This document shows, piece after piece, positions 15,264-27,377 of a stretch of DNA of 64,000 nt; within the stretch, counting starts at the first letter, position 1, and every line of letters begins with the position of its first letter. This DNA is from Nemertoderma westbladi (Eukaryota; Animalia; Xenacoelomorpha): contig JAUCBJ010001293.1 of NCBI GenBank assembly GCA_032718475.1, positions 1-64,000 of the forward strand, written 5' to 3'. The notes beneath the pieces are model-generated. The model did not search any database and was not told the origin of the DNA. It worked only from the letters and a program-made list of their open reading frames with translations. Position numbers and translations under genes: made by a program.

Positions 15264-15751
15264 TGTGTGCATTGTACTTGACACAATGAACCCGGCGTAG
15301 CATTCTTGTGAATGTGCCATCCAGAGATTTGGTGTCCTCAGCAGTTAGAGCCCAGCATGGACTCCCGTAGAGGAGTACTGGAACTACTGCTGCTCTAAAT
15401 AATCGGACCTTGAGTTTCCGATTAATTCTCGGTGACTTCCAAATCCTGGAAAGCCTATTCAAGGCTGCCCATGCCTTTCCCTTACGTATTCGAAGGTCCT
15501 CACCTGACTTCCGGATCCATGATCCCAGGTAACAGAAGTTGTCCACATGCTCAAGCATACCATCCTTTGAGCTTATGCTCATCCGATCAGAGACTTGCTG
15601 AGGACTTTCAAAGTTAACTGTCAAAATTGTGGTCTTTCTGGAGGTAATAAAAAGACCAACACTAGAAGCAGAATGTTCTAATGAGCTGAGGAGCCGTTGG
15701 GCTCCCTCTAATGATTCTGAGAGTACTCCTAAGTCATCAGCAAAGTCTATC
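15264..15751 (-). pseudogene. RTE/RTEX-like non-LTR retrotransposon reverse-transcriptase fragment
   Basis: Minus strand reads IDFADDLGVLSES...VDNFCYLGSWI...RKGKAWAALNRLSRIWKS...LFRAAVVPVLLYGSPCWAL, i.e. the RT catalytic (F)ADD motif plus the downstream region typical of RTE-like LINEs. Confidence 0.85.
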
Positions 15752-17273
15752 TGATCAACATTGAGGTTTCCAAGCTAAATTCTCACATGTGAATGAATAA
15801 TACAGTATGTCACACACTTTAGGTATGTTGCTACATAGTCGGATCCCAAGTGGGGTTTCTCATGGGGCTTTAATGTGGATCAGTTGGCGAAAATCTTCAA
15901 AAGTTACTTACGAATGAATTTTTCGTTACAGACAGACAAGCGGACAGAACGACCGACTGGAGATGAAATTTTGCCCTATTTTTACTAATTGCAATTGTGC
16001 GCTAAGGCTTGCCCTGACTGCGTGACTCGTCCCACAGAACACCAAACTCTCCAACCAACTACACTCAACTTTGACTCACTTTCACCCAACTACACTCCAC
16101 TTCCACCCAACTCTCACCCAACTACACCCAACTTTCACCCAACTACCCCCAACAACACCCAACTTTCACCCAACTACACCCAATTCTCCACCCAACTACA
16201 CCCAACTATCACCCAACTACAGTACACTCAACATTGTCTCACTTCCACCCAACTACACTTACCTTTCACCACTTTCTCGCAGGTCAGGATTTTTGAAAAT
16301 AAAAAATTATAAAGCAAATTATAAAATTGTCAAAAACCATACAAATCCTAATCTACGTCGCTTTTTTGGATGTGAAGATGAGTAGGACATACAGTACAAT
16401 ATATCTAATGTTTAGTTCTGAGGCATAACAGCGAGAACATGCGAGCCACGTAGTAAAGGCGAGCCTTAACGCACTATGATAATTAGTAAATACTGGAAAA
16501 TTTATTTCGAGTTATTATCATATTCGAGTTAGTGAAATATTGAAACGAGGGACCGAAGTGAGATAAAAGTACATTATACACTATAATATGTTGTTTTATT
16601 GTTAATTTATTGTTATTACTAATAAATTTATTAATATATTGTTATTACTTAACGCTCGTCTATGGACGAGCCGCAAATAATCCATCTATCTACTGTATTT
16701 ACGGCTTGTCCAAGGACAAGCGTTAAGTACGGTAATTCAGAAATTTAACAATAAAATATTATAATTATCCTTTGTATCATATTACAAGAAAGATTGTAAC
16801 ATACAGTAGTCTTTATTTTCAACAGTTTTATTCTAAACTTCGTGGCCTTTATATTAATTTGATCTTATCTTTCGTTTATTATTTTGGTTCCATGAGAAAT
16901 TTATTATTCGCCTATATTATACAGAAAGTACTTTATTTGCTAACCATTAAGATTGGATCAGGGAGCCAAATGGAGTGTAAACTTGAGACATGTAAAATGT
17001 AATGAGAAATGTAAAAAGTTCTAAAATTATTTCTGTTGTTTCGTTAAAAATTAATTAATACAGTATAAAGGCTATAAAGTTTAAGATAAAGAAGCTGAAA
17101 ATAATGTTACAGTTTATTTTCTTGTATTCTATGATACATAAAGGATAATTACATTATTATAATTGCATTAAACATACTGTATAATATAGAACTTATGTCC
17201 ATTAACTTTGTACGAATTATCTGCATTGCTATTCCCACAGCAGAAGTTTCCAATAATGCGATTTCGTCGTTAA

Positions 17274-17983
17274 GGGGGGGTACACCATTTTCGGCCAACT
17301 CTTCGATTTATCACTCTCAGCGTTTCAAAATTGTTTGATTTTGGCTAAAATTTGGCATATAGGTGCCTAAGATGCTATTCTACATGACAGGTCAGAAAAT
17401 TTTTTTTTTTCGCTATTGAATATTAGTTAATACTAGTTAACAACAAAAAAAACTTGGTTGCGTTTAAAACCCTAAGGCTTTTACAGTTTTGAACCTAATC
17501 ATATGAAAGTTTTTTTATATGATAGATCAAAGATGGGGCAACATAACTATCAGGCGAAATTTTGTTAAAATAATTCTGCACCGCTAGGTGGCGCTGCAAA
17601 TTTATGCAAATTTTTAGGTTTTTTATAAATAGTATTAAATTTTATTAACAAAAAATTTCGAAAAGTTGCCTGATACTTTTATGCAGGGTGGCTATCTAGA
17701 CACCCACAGAAAGTTTCAGACTAATTGCTCAAACATTGTAGAAGTAGTAGGGTTTTGAAGTCGAGAATTTCATAAAAAATTTTTTTGGAGATAATCGACC
17801 TTTCATTATATATAGTAATAGTAATTTCAATAGGATTCCGTAAATGGAAATTTACATAACTTGAAAACTAAAAGAGCTATTAAATAGCGGTTTTCAGATA
17901 TGGAAACACCATTCAATGGTGCATTACAATAGACCATAAAAAAAATTTCGACATATTTTGGACCAAAATGGTGTACCCCCCCC
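17274..17983. mobile_element. Kolobok-like MITE, TTAA TSD
   Basis: TTAA|GGGGGGGTACACCATTTT..AAAATGGTGTACCCCCCCC|TTAA. The empty site CACAGCCTTAACGACG is preserved in the opposite foldback arm (~14349-14364). Purine-start termini with TTAA fit Kolobok rather than piggyBac. Confidence 0.8.
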
Positions 17984-18844
17984 TTAAGGCTGTGACGGTG
18001 ACCCTCCTGTGTATCAATACCGTTTTCATTTTCACCGCAATCCCACAGCGCCAGTTTAGTTTGTACTGTAGCTTAGTTTGGAGTTTTGATGCGTGGTATG
18101 TGTAGACATCTATAGGTATCTGGATCGTTCGTCAATAGTCTCTGTGTCTCTCCTTTGTATATTTTTTGCTAAATTCATCAATTATTCTAGAATCAACCTG
18201 CAATAAAAATAAAATGTTAGTTAGTTATTTTCATAATTGCAGGGCAGTGATGGCAAAATACAGCACGAGTACATGCAACTTTTAAAAGTTCATATCTCAG
18301 CAATTCCTCAAAGAAGTTCAGAGTTTGTTACTGTACATATTGTAATTTGTGGAAGATAGGTGCCATACAGTATAGAGTTTGGTGTAAGTTGGATGCTGTT
18401 GTGTTGAAGTTGGGTGTAGTTGGTGAAAGTTGGGTGTAGTTGGGTGAAAGTTGGGTGAAAGTTGGGTGTAGTTGGGTGAAAGTTGGGTGTAGTTGGGTGT
18501 AGTTGGGTGTAGTTGGGTGAAAGTTGGGTGTAGTTGGGTGATTAGGCTGACCCTCCCGCATCAGTACATACATATCATGCATATTACATAATTACAATGC
18601 AACATTATTTTAATGATCAAATTAATTATTCTAAGTATTATAAGCAGGGATCACATCAGTAGTTACTTTTTGCGGTAGTGGTATGACTTTGCGGTAGCCT
18701 TACTGCCTTAGCCAGTTAGCCTAGTTCATTCATACCCATACCTGTGGTATTTTCGTAAGGAAAAATTAAGAGTACTGTAAACTGTAACCTATTATTTGAG
18801 TTAATAAGTTGAGTTAATGTTTATTGACTAATTGTTTTGATTAG

Positions 18845-19170
18845 GTTCACTGTGTCAAGTACAATGCACACATCTCCAACCAGATGCTATATAACATGAG
18901 TTGATGTTGGAGGTGTCTCATTGGTTCCCCCAAGCTTGACACTAGAACAAAGCCGTCTCCGCTTTGCAGGACATTGCTTTCGCCGTGAGGACCAGCCAGT
19001 GCACCTCATGGAGTGAATATGCATGGTGGACAGCCCATGACTTTCTTGAGACGCATCTTTCTTACTGTCTTAAAGGACACTGGCCTTGAAGATGCGGATG
19101 ATCTAACAAATGTCATGGGTGATAAGGCTGTAAGGGAGTTGTGGAGGCGCAATTTTGTCAACAAGCCGGC
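18845..19170 (+). pseudogene. 3' part of the same RTE-like LINE family, degenerate
   Basis: Begins GTTCACTGTGTCAAGTACAATGCACACATCTCCAACCAG, shared with 15264-15290 and 61410-61448; then the RLRFAGHCFRREDQPV motif. Confidence 0.7.
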
Positions 19171-20523
19171 ACAGCATTCTTAATAGGGCCTATATATATA
19201 ATGCAGTTGCAATGCAGCATGCCGATTGTAGTAGTAGTTGGTTAGAAAAGCCTGCTTCTGTATGTATAAGCACATGCCCTATGTCTGTATGTGGTGATAG
19301 GGCTCCTTCAATTGGTAAAGTCAAAAGTGGCCGTTTATTGTTTTAGTTAGAAAAGCCTTCCTCTGTAACCTGTTCCTTTCCCCCAATTGGTTCATGTTTT
19401 ATTATGTGAAGACCCCAACACGTTAATCAGTTAATCCCCTTTCATTATCAGGCCGTTTTAAAATACCATTCCTGTTGTATGAAAAAATTAGAAGAGGCTG
19501 AGAGGTGGTGGTGGTGGTAGCATCAACTTGTAGTATTTCTTTCTGATAGGGCTCCCATAGGCTTAGACGAAATCGTAGCGTAGCTTGTACTGTAGTTAGC
19601 CTTAGCAGCAGCTGCAGTTGGCAAACCTGGCGTTGCTACCAGTTTCCACCAAATATAATTTGTAATTAAATATTTGTTGGAGCATAATCCAATCTAGTCC
19701 TAAAGACTCTAAAGTCCTGGGTACATAAGGCTGTAAGGTTAGACATAACATGAATGTAAACTAAACAATTACAATACTAAAAGTAAAGTACAAAGTACCT
19801 AGAATGCTAGAATGTACCATTATATTCTAAGTACAGTACGCTGAAGATACATACAGTATACAGAGAGCTGCAAAGGTAACTTTCCATAACTTAATAGCTG
19901 TCTGGCTGTCTCTCATCTGTCATGATTCATGTACCTTTAAGTTTTTTCATTCTCAATGTCACGTCCAAAATTGGACTTAAAGTCCAATATTGGACTTTTG
20001 TAATAATTCAAAGCCTTATAAAAAAAGTTCCCCCTGGTGAATTTCAGGTCCCCCTGTTCAAAACTCTTATTTTTTGATATACTTTCGATTAAAAAAATAA
20101 AATCCCGCCCGATCCAATTACCCAAGGCCCTGGAACAATTGGCTGATTTGAAGTCCAATATTGGACTCGCAGAAGTCCAAATTTGGACTTGAACTGGAGT
20201 CGAAGTCCAATTTTGGACTCAAGTCCAATTTTTGACTTCTCACCGACTGACTGTATTATGGTACTGTGGTATTAGGCCTAATTACTGAATTAGGCCTGCC
20301 TGACTGGGTGATTCAGTGATTACCGGTACAGCATTAAGTCAGTGATTACATCATTAAGCTGTTAAGTTAGCATATTAAGTCTGTAAGTATATTACCGCTG
20401 ACGGATACTTCACTGCTACCGTCTACCAGTCTACACCCGAATGTGGGCTGGGCATTCCCGTAAGTGGGCACCAACTTTTTAAAACTACTGTAATTTTTAA
20501 ACTACCGTAGGCCTATAATACTT

Positions 20524-21893
20524 GGGTGCGGGTCTATTCGCCCCTCGACCTTTTCGCCCCAAGTCTGCAAGTCGATTCGCCCCACATTTTAGGGGCATAT
20601 GGACCTGGCTGCCTGGGGCGAATAATAGACTTGGACAGTTGACTAATTCGCCCCACCTTCCAAGTCCATTCGCCCCAGATGATATTATTTAATGTTTTAC
20701 TATTCTTTTTATGTACGGTACAATGATATTATTAGAAAGTGCAGAAGTGCAGAAATACCAGATGATGACCAGAGGTTCACCATATCAATTTGTTTCACAG
20801 GTAGGCCTAATTCATTATGTATGCTTCTACTGTAGATTGGAGGTCCCGGGTTCGATTCAATATATTGAAGCTTAAAAGGAAATTAGACAGAAACAACATT
20901 TGCTTGATCCACCGTATCAATTTGTTTCACATTATAAGCTCCTGAAAAAATATTCAAAAGTGTTTGTAACAAGATTTCCTGTAATTTATTGTAATAGATT
21001 GAAGGTCTTAAAAATATTGCGCGCAATCGAGGCGAGGGTCAAACTATTTGTAACAAGATTTCTACTGTAATTTATTGTAGGCCTAATAGATTGAAGGTCT
21101 AAAAAATATTACGCGTAATCGTTTTTTTTTTTTACTAATTACATGCCGGTCTTACCGGATGTGCACCACATGCGGGGTGATGATGATGATGAATGAATAA
21201 GATAATATTATATCATCAGATCATGCGTAGTTTAGCATTAGGCCTAACTATTTAATATATTTACATCATATGCAATACAATCACAATTAATTTAGTGAAT
21301 AATGAGCCATATTATTTTGCGTAATTTTTTTTAGACCTTCAATCTATTACAATAAGTTACAGGAAATCTTGTTACAAATACTTATGAATAGTTTCTTATG
21401 AGCTTATAATGTCAGAATGTGAAACAAATTGATACGGTGAATCAAGCAAATGTTGTTTCTGTCTACTTTTCTTTAAAGCTTCAATATATCGAATCACGTG
21501 CTGACGTGAATCACATGTCAGTCCACAGTAGTAACAGTTGTACTTTAACTCTCATAGGCAAAGGCAACTCTTGTGGCTCGGCAAGGGTTCGAACCCGGGA
21601 CCGCCAATCTAGAAGCATACATAATGAATTACATGTGAAACAAATTGATATGGTGAACCTCTGGTCATCATCTGGTACTTCTTCACTTTCTAATATCATT
21701 CATGTCATTCTACCTAAAAATAATATTAGTAAAACATTCAATAATATCATCCGGGGCGAATGGACTTGGAAGGTGGGGCGAATCAGTCATCTGTCCAAGT
21801 CGATTCGCCCCAGGTCCATATGCTCCTAAAATGTGGGGCGAAACAACATTCGACTTCGGGTGAAAAGGTCGAGAGGCGAATTGACCCGCACTC
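20524..21893. mobile_element. Mutator/MuDR-like foldback MITE, ~550-bp TIRs, 9-bp TSD ATAATACTT
   Basis: GGGTGCGGGTCTATTCGCCCCTCGACCTTTTC vs GAAAAGGTCGAGAGGCGAATTGACCCGCACTC. ATAATACTT at 20515-20523 and 21894-21902. Confidence 0.9.
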
Positions 21894-22187
21894 ATAATAC
21901 TTCAAATAATAGTGAACAAATAATTAAATAGGTTTTTTACTAAATCTGCGGACTACCGGCTGAAGCTGAACGGTAATTACCGGTAATATTTATTATAACA
22001 GTATTAAGTTGATATTATTAAATTTCTGTATATGGTAAATCTTTCAGAGGTAGGTACCACAAAATCGTCGTCTGAAAGTTCGACTGTTCGAGCGACGATT
22101 TTACTAACATTTTCTTACTGGCATTATTTATTCATCAAACGCCTCTATCTGCAACTTTATTGAGTTCTCCCTCTGTACAAATTCGTC

Positions 22188-23159
22188 GGTCCGACGAATC
22201 TGTACAAAAAAAATACAAAATAGTACAATATAGTACAAAAGAGAACAATACAGTGCAAAAATAGTACAAAAGAATGCAAAAATAGTACAAACGAGTGAGA
22301 AACGCATGCAAAAGCAAAACGTGTATACCAGTGTAATATACCGGTACACTACACTTCAGCACTTGTATACAAATATAATTAATTGTTAGCAAAAATGCAA
22401 CGGCACCGAAACATGCGCCACGACAGTGTCAATAACAGAATAACGGCCTTGGTTCTGTGGTAAAGGTACCGTATGAAATGATTGACAGAACTTTGATTCA
22501 TGTAGATTTTGACTGGCATAGGCCTACAGTCTGACAGTAGAAGTAGGCAGGTAGGCTACTGTTCGTATAACTGTATAATAGACCTACAATATAATGCGAA
22601 ACATACTATGTAGTTTGTAGATGTAAACTCGTATAACTGATGATTTAGGTCATAGTCTTAAAGTAGCCCATATACTGCTGTACTGCAGTACTGGGTAGAC
22701 TGCATCACTGCATGATACGTCAGTACGTAGGCCTATAGACTACGTTATGTAGGCTATGTCCTATGTATGTATGCCTCTATCTACAGATCTAGCAACTTTA
22801 TTGAGTTCTCCCTCACCAATTTTGCGGGCTTGGGAAGGTCGACAGTTTTTTGTGTTTTTCGAACACAAAAAGCTGCATTAAAACTCATAAGATTGTATTG
22901 TCTTGTCATGCTCTCTGTCTGCTAGATCAGACCCCCGCTTAGTGCGTGGCTCGCCCCACAATGATTTTATTTTATTTTGCACATCATGTGCGCCCCACTA
23001 CACGATTTGAACTACACTTGTATACACGTTTTGCAAGTGTTTCTCACTCGTTTGTAGTCTTTTGTACTATTTTTGCACTTTATTGTACTCTTTTGTACTA
23101 TTTTGTACTATATCATTGTACTATTTTGTATTGCTTTTTTGTACAGATTCGTCGGACCC
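22188..23159. mobile_element. TIR MITE with AGTACAAAA-type subterminal repeats
   Basis: GGTCCGACGAATCTGTACAAAAAA vs TTTTTTGTACAGATTCGTCGGACC; inverted similarity extends ~150 bp. Confidence 0.7.
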
Positions 23160-24131
23160 TAATACTATGGTATAGGCATAGGGTAACCGGTGCCGGTACT
23201 TCTTTCTTTATTGCATTCTTTGTACTTGCGTCTTGGCAGTCTGCCAGTATAATAATACAACTGAATATATATTAATGATATTACAGTAGGTATTAAACCA
23301 ATATCCCAATCCATCCCAGTCACTATCTACAAGACATCCCAATCATCAAATCGCCCAGTATTTCGCCAGTTTAGTGTAATGTGCCTCGAACCAGGTTATT
23401 TTTATTGGAAGCCCAGGAATGTCAACACTAGCACTATGAGACAATACTGCACAGCTGCAATACGAGTGCATTAAAATTCAGAAATTTAGCAATAAAACAA
23501 GGGAGTAATTCCCTTTTTCTCACATGCATCCCTCGTTAAACCGATTTAGAAATTGTGATTTTTAATTACAAATTTCACTGTAACATATTTAGGGAAAAAA
23601 AACGTTGCCGCCGTGACCTATTTTATAAATATGCATGATCGGTTTACGTGTTGCATTGTTAAATAAAGTTTTCTTAATTGTTTGTCACCTTAATTTATAA
23701 TACAAACAGAACAGTACAGAGAGAGTTTAAATTATTTTATTACCGGTATTAAATATGTCTGTCTAAGTGTTATAGTCCTATGAAACGTTGATGTTATAGC
23801 CATAGCCTACTGTCAGACTGTTTTGAGGAGATTATAATCCTACCATTATCCTGCTTGTTTGTTGATGACATACCTATCTAATTTATATTATCTTTTGGTT
23901 CACGGAAAGTTTTTTTTATTGTAGTACCTATAGTCGGATCTTCTTTCATGTTTGTTAGCGATCAAAGGTCACCAATGGGTTTATGGTTGAATGCAACAAC
24001 TGTATATATATATATCTGTTGAGTTGATAATGGATTCAATTTCATCTCCAGCTCTAGTATAAAGTTATTTCCGCACATTATATCGATCTAACTCCTATCA
24101 CTGCGTACCGGTACTAACGTCGGCCCTCGAG

Positions 24132-27100
24132 ATGTGTTCGACCCGGATGGAGACTGGACTTGTAGACGTCCACTGTGGTGATTGGGAGCGCGTCGAGTGG
24201 GTTGAGATCGTAGAACCCCGAACCCACCAGCACATGTACGCGAACCTAACCAGCGGTGAGTGCGTCTGGGACGTACCTGCCGGTGTAGCGGTAAAACGTA
24301 CCGATAACAACCAGTGGTGGGAGCTTTTCGACCAGAAAACCTCGCGGTTTTATTACTACAACGCTGCCACTCAGAAAACCGTGTGGCATAGGCCGGTTCA
24401 TTCCGATATAATCCCGTTGGCGAAGCTCCAGACGTTAAAGCAAAACACGGAGGTGGGGTCTACAGCTCAGCTGCACCCTGCAGGGCCCGATACACCGGCG
24501 GTGGCCGCCGCCGCTAAGCCGCACCGCCCCCATCACCGCGGGAAGCAGCACCGCTCGCGTCGCGTTGCTAGTCGACCCAAACCGGAGATGCGAACCATCG
24601 AGACGCAGACGGAAACATCGCCGCCTCGCGGTTCCGGACTGCCACTCCTTCCGGACGACTCCCGCGGAAACAACAACCTCCACCTCCTCAACTACCTGCG
24701 GCAGGCCAACGCGGCCGCCGCCGATGCCATCAGCTACGCGAGCGCCGAGAGTTACGACAGCGGGATCCCGGACGGCTCGACGGCCTACCCGACCGCGGTC
24801 TACCAACCGGTCTACGGGGGCCGTTACTCCGACTCCGACCCAATCTACGCCGCTCTCAACCCATCCAGCGGAGGCGCGTCTAGTCGCTCGGCCAACTCGG
24901 ATCCCGATAATATATACGCGGCGATGCGGAGCAATAGTTGCCACGATAACCGGAGGTCCTCGTCCACGGACTACCAGCGTCACCCTGCGGACCCTCGCAA
25001 CCCGAGCGGCGACCACTACGGTCCCGCCACCTTCCATCCGCCGCCCACCAGCCACTACGGCCGGCCGCCGCCGCCCCACCATATCGTGTTCCAGAACGGC
25101 CGACACCCGCGGCCACAGAGTCGCCCCGTTGTCCGGGACGACAGCCAATCGGCGTACTCGACCGCGGACCCCCGGGTCTACCGACCCCAGCCGGATCCAA
25201 TCTACTCGGCCCTGCCGCATCACGGCGCCGCCGCCACCGGCGCCACATACTCGCCGCACCTGCCGCCGCGCTGCAACAACGCCGCCGAGCGCCGCTCCAG
25301 TCTCCCTGACAACCGAATGGACGGCGATCCCCGGCACCGTCCGTCGATCTACTCTCCACGCGCCGCGCGAAAACGGTTCCCCGCTACGGTGGCGCACCAT
25401 CGGGGTACCGAGACGAAGACGCCGCTGGACATTGTGGCGCAGCCGCCGCCGCCCGCGGAGCCGCGTCACGGCGCACCGTCCCCGGCTCTGCCGCGGCGCG
25501 CCCCATTGGCGCAGTCGGCGCGGGTCTACCAGTCTCCGGGCTCCCTCCCCCCGGGCCCCCAGGCCCCCCTCCCCCAGGGGAGGCCCCCCTGGGTGCTCCA
25601 GGATCCCGTTAAACGATCCCCCGCCAGGAGCGACTCCTCGTCCCTCGGGAGCTCCCACATCGGGAGTCCCGAGACCAACTCGTTGGTGAACCACTCCGAC
25701 TCAACCTGTCGCCCCCAGCAGCCTGTCGACCAGTTCATGGTGGACCAGTTGTGCGAGCGATTCCGATCCAACGACCTGCCGTCGACGCTGTCCGGAGTGG
25801 ATCAGAGGCGGCGGACTCCGGAGTCGAGCGAAGGGGAGGAAGTCCGGAGGAGTCGGGAGGTCGGGGTTGGGAGGAGTCGGGAGGAAGAAGGAGTGGTCGA
25901 AGGGAGCAGAAGGAGGAACGGGGAGGACCTCGGTTCCACCGACAGGGAGAGTTCCAGTAGCGACGAAGAGGAACTGGTGGAACAGCGTAAAGGAACGGAG
26001 GAACCGATGGAGAAGCGACGAGCGGCATCGTTGCAGGGCGGGTCGACCCGACCAATGTCGGTCATTATGGCCAGCCAATCGGAGGGCGACTTCCCGGGGT
26101 CCAATCGGATCTGCGTAAATAAATCCAACAGTTTGGTGGATCCGCGTCGATCCTCGGCCGGATCCCGAGTCGCCGACACCCCGGTGCAGCTCTCGCTGTG
26201 CGAGTTCGCGAGCGAGTTGAGTAAACCCGCGGCGGCTAGTAAGAGTCGGTTTGCTAAGAAGAAAGTCGCCGTGGAATCGAACCCGTTGAGTTGGAGTAAA
26301 GAACATCTGAAACGGCCGCTGTTGGATCCAACGGATAAAGTTTATAAACGCGACGCTTTGGATTCCTTTAAGTTGATACAAAGTTACATGGGGGACAAAG
26401 CGAGTAAGTTGGATCAGGACGAGGTCTGTTTGAATCTCACGGTTAAAGGCTGGTCGACTCCGTCGCTGCGAGACGAGATTTACTTACAGCTGTGCAAACA
26501 GACGACGCACAACCCCCGTCCGGTGAGCTGCCAGTACGGCTGGGAGCTGCTCGCGGTCTGTCTCGCCTTCTTCCCGCCGCAGCCCAAGTTCCACGCCTAT
26601 CTGGAGGCGCACATCGCGCAGCGGGCGTGCGGCGACGCGGGGGGGCCCCACGAGCGGCGGTACGCCGACCACTGTCTGCGACAACTCGCGCGGATCAGGC
26701 AGTCAGGCGGCGCAGGTAAGGCGTTGCGGCGGCCCAACGTGGAGGAGATCGGCGTCGCGAGGAACTCCGTCTTCCATCCATCGATGTTCGGGAACTCGCT
26801 GTCGGAGACGTTGGCGCTGCAACGGGAGCGCTTCCCGTTGCGTCGACTCCCCTGGGTGCAGACGGCCCTGTCCGCCGAGGTACTCAGACTGAACGGCGCC
26901 CAGACCGAGGGGATATTCCGGGTCTCCGGCGACATCGACGAGGTCAACGTGCTGAAACAGCGTTGCGACCGGTGGGACGTAGCGGGTACCTGCGACGACC
27001 CCCACGTTCCCTGCAGCCTCCTTAAACTCTGGTACCGCGAGTTATTCGAACCTCTGATTCCCCCCTCCTTCTATGACCAGTGTCTCGAACAGTTCGAATC

Positions 27101-27377
27101 TCCTACCCAAGCCGTCGGTATCGTTCACACCCTCCCCGATATCAATAGAATTGTTCTCGCCTATCTCATCAACTTCCTTCAGGTCTTCGTTCGCCCCGAG
27201 AATGTAATTCATACCAAGATGGATGTTAATAACATCTCCATGGTGATGGCGCCAAACTGCTTGCGTTGCGATTCTACAGACCCGAAGGTTATATTCGAGA
27301 ACACGAGGAAGGAAATGGCCTTTATTAAAACCCTAATTATCCACCTCGATACTCGATTTATCGAGGACATCATCTGA
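24132..27377 (+). CDS. ARHGAP39: Rho GTPase-activating protein 39 (Vilse/CrossGAP) ortholog: WW domains, Pro/His-rich linker, MyTH4, RhoGAP; single uninterrupted ORF, 1081 aa
   Basis: N-terminal VEWVEIVEPRTHQHMYANLTSGECVWD and QWWELFDQKTSRFYYYNAATQKTVWHRP (WW); LRDEIYLQLCKQTT..GWELLAVCLAFFPP (MyTH4); TEGIFRVSGD..LLKLWYREL..TKMDVNNISMVMAPN (RhoGAP with arginine finger). GC-rich against AT-rich flanks. Confidence 0.96.
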   Translation: MCSTRMETGLVDVHCGDWERVEWVEIVEPRTHQHMYANLTSGECVWDVPAGVAVKRTDNNQWWELFDQKTSRFYYYNAATQKTVWHRPVHSDIIPLAKLQTLKQNTEVGSTAQLHPAGPDTPAVAAAAKPHRPHHRGKQHRSRRVASRPKPEMRTIETQTETSPPRGSGLPLLPDDSRGNNNLHLLNYLRQANAAAADAISYASAESYDSGIPDGSTAYPTAVYQPVYGGRYSDSDPIYAALNPSSGGASSRSANSDPDNIYAAMRSNSCHDNRRSSSTDYQRHPADPRNPSGDHYGPATFHPPPTSHYGRPPPPHHIVFQNGRHPRPQSRPVVRDDSQSAYSTADPRVYRPQPDPIYSALPHHGAAATGATYSPHLPPRCNNAAERRSSLPDNRMDGDPRHRPSIYSPRAARKRFPATVAHHRGTETKTPLDIVAQPPPPAEPRHGAPSPALPRRAPLAQSARVYQSPGSLPPGPQAPLPQGRPPWVLQDPVKRSPARSDSSSLGSSHIGSPETNSLVNHSDSTCRPQQPVDQFMVDQLCERFRSNDLPSTLSGVDQRRRTPESSEGEEVRRSREVGVGRSREEEGVVEGSRRRNGEDLGSTDRESSSSDEEELVEQRKGTEEPMEKRRAASLQGGSTRPMSVIMASQSEGDFPGSNRICVNKSNSLVDPRRSSAGSRVADTPVQLSLCEFASELSKPAAASKSRFAKKKVAVESNPLSWSKEHLKRPLLDPTDKVYKRDALDSFKLIQSYMGDKASKLDQDEVCLNLTVKGWSTPSLRDEIYLQLCKQTTHNPRPVSCQYGWELLAVCLAFFPPQPKFHAYLEAHIAQRACGDAGGPHERRYADHCLRQLARIRQSGGAGKALRRPNVEEIGVARNSVFHPSMFGNSLSETLALQRERFPLRRLPWVQTALSAEVLRLNGAQTEGIFRVSGDIDEVNVLKQRCDRWDVAGTCDDPHVPCSLLKLWYRELFEPLIPPSFYDQCLEQFESPTQAVGIVHTLPDINRIVLAYLINFLQVFVRPENVIHTKMDVNNISMVMAPNCLRCDSTDPKVIFENTRKEMAFIKTLIIHLDTRFIEDII

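Larger units (their letters stand above)
13803..18553. mobile_element. Mutator/MuDR-like foldback element with ~1-kb TIRs and 9-bp TSD
   Basis: (C)GGTCAGCCTAA..TTAGGCTGACCC termini. TSD TCCCGCATC at 13794-13802 and 18554-18562. Arms ~13803-14860 and ~17015-18553 are inverted copies containing CACCCAACTA/CACCCAACTTT repeats. Confidence 0.85.
13643..20249. mobile_element. Outer TIR DNA transposon (CAG..CTG ends) with 5-bp TSD ACTGT
   Basis: CAGTCAGTGAGAAGTCAAAAATTGGACTT (13643) vs AAGTCCAATTTTTGACTTCTCACCGACTG (ends 20249). ACTGT at 13638-13642 and 20250-20254. Subterminal AAGTCCAA..TTGGACT repeats at both ends. Confidence 0.85.

Noticed and set aside
26710-26722. Donor-like CAG|GTAAGG inside ARHGAP39
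   Set aside because: The protein continues in frame with expected MyTH4-to-GAP sequence; no intron is needed.
24435-27005. Overlapping antisense and alternate-frame ORFs (419, 374, 226 aa etc.)
   Set aside because: Expected shadows of a GC-rich CDS; no recognisable domains.
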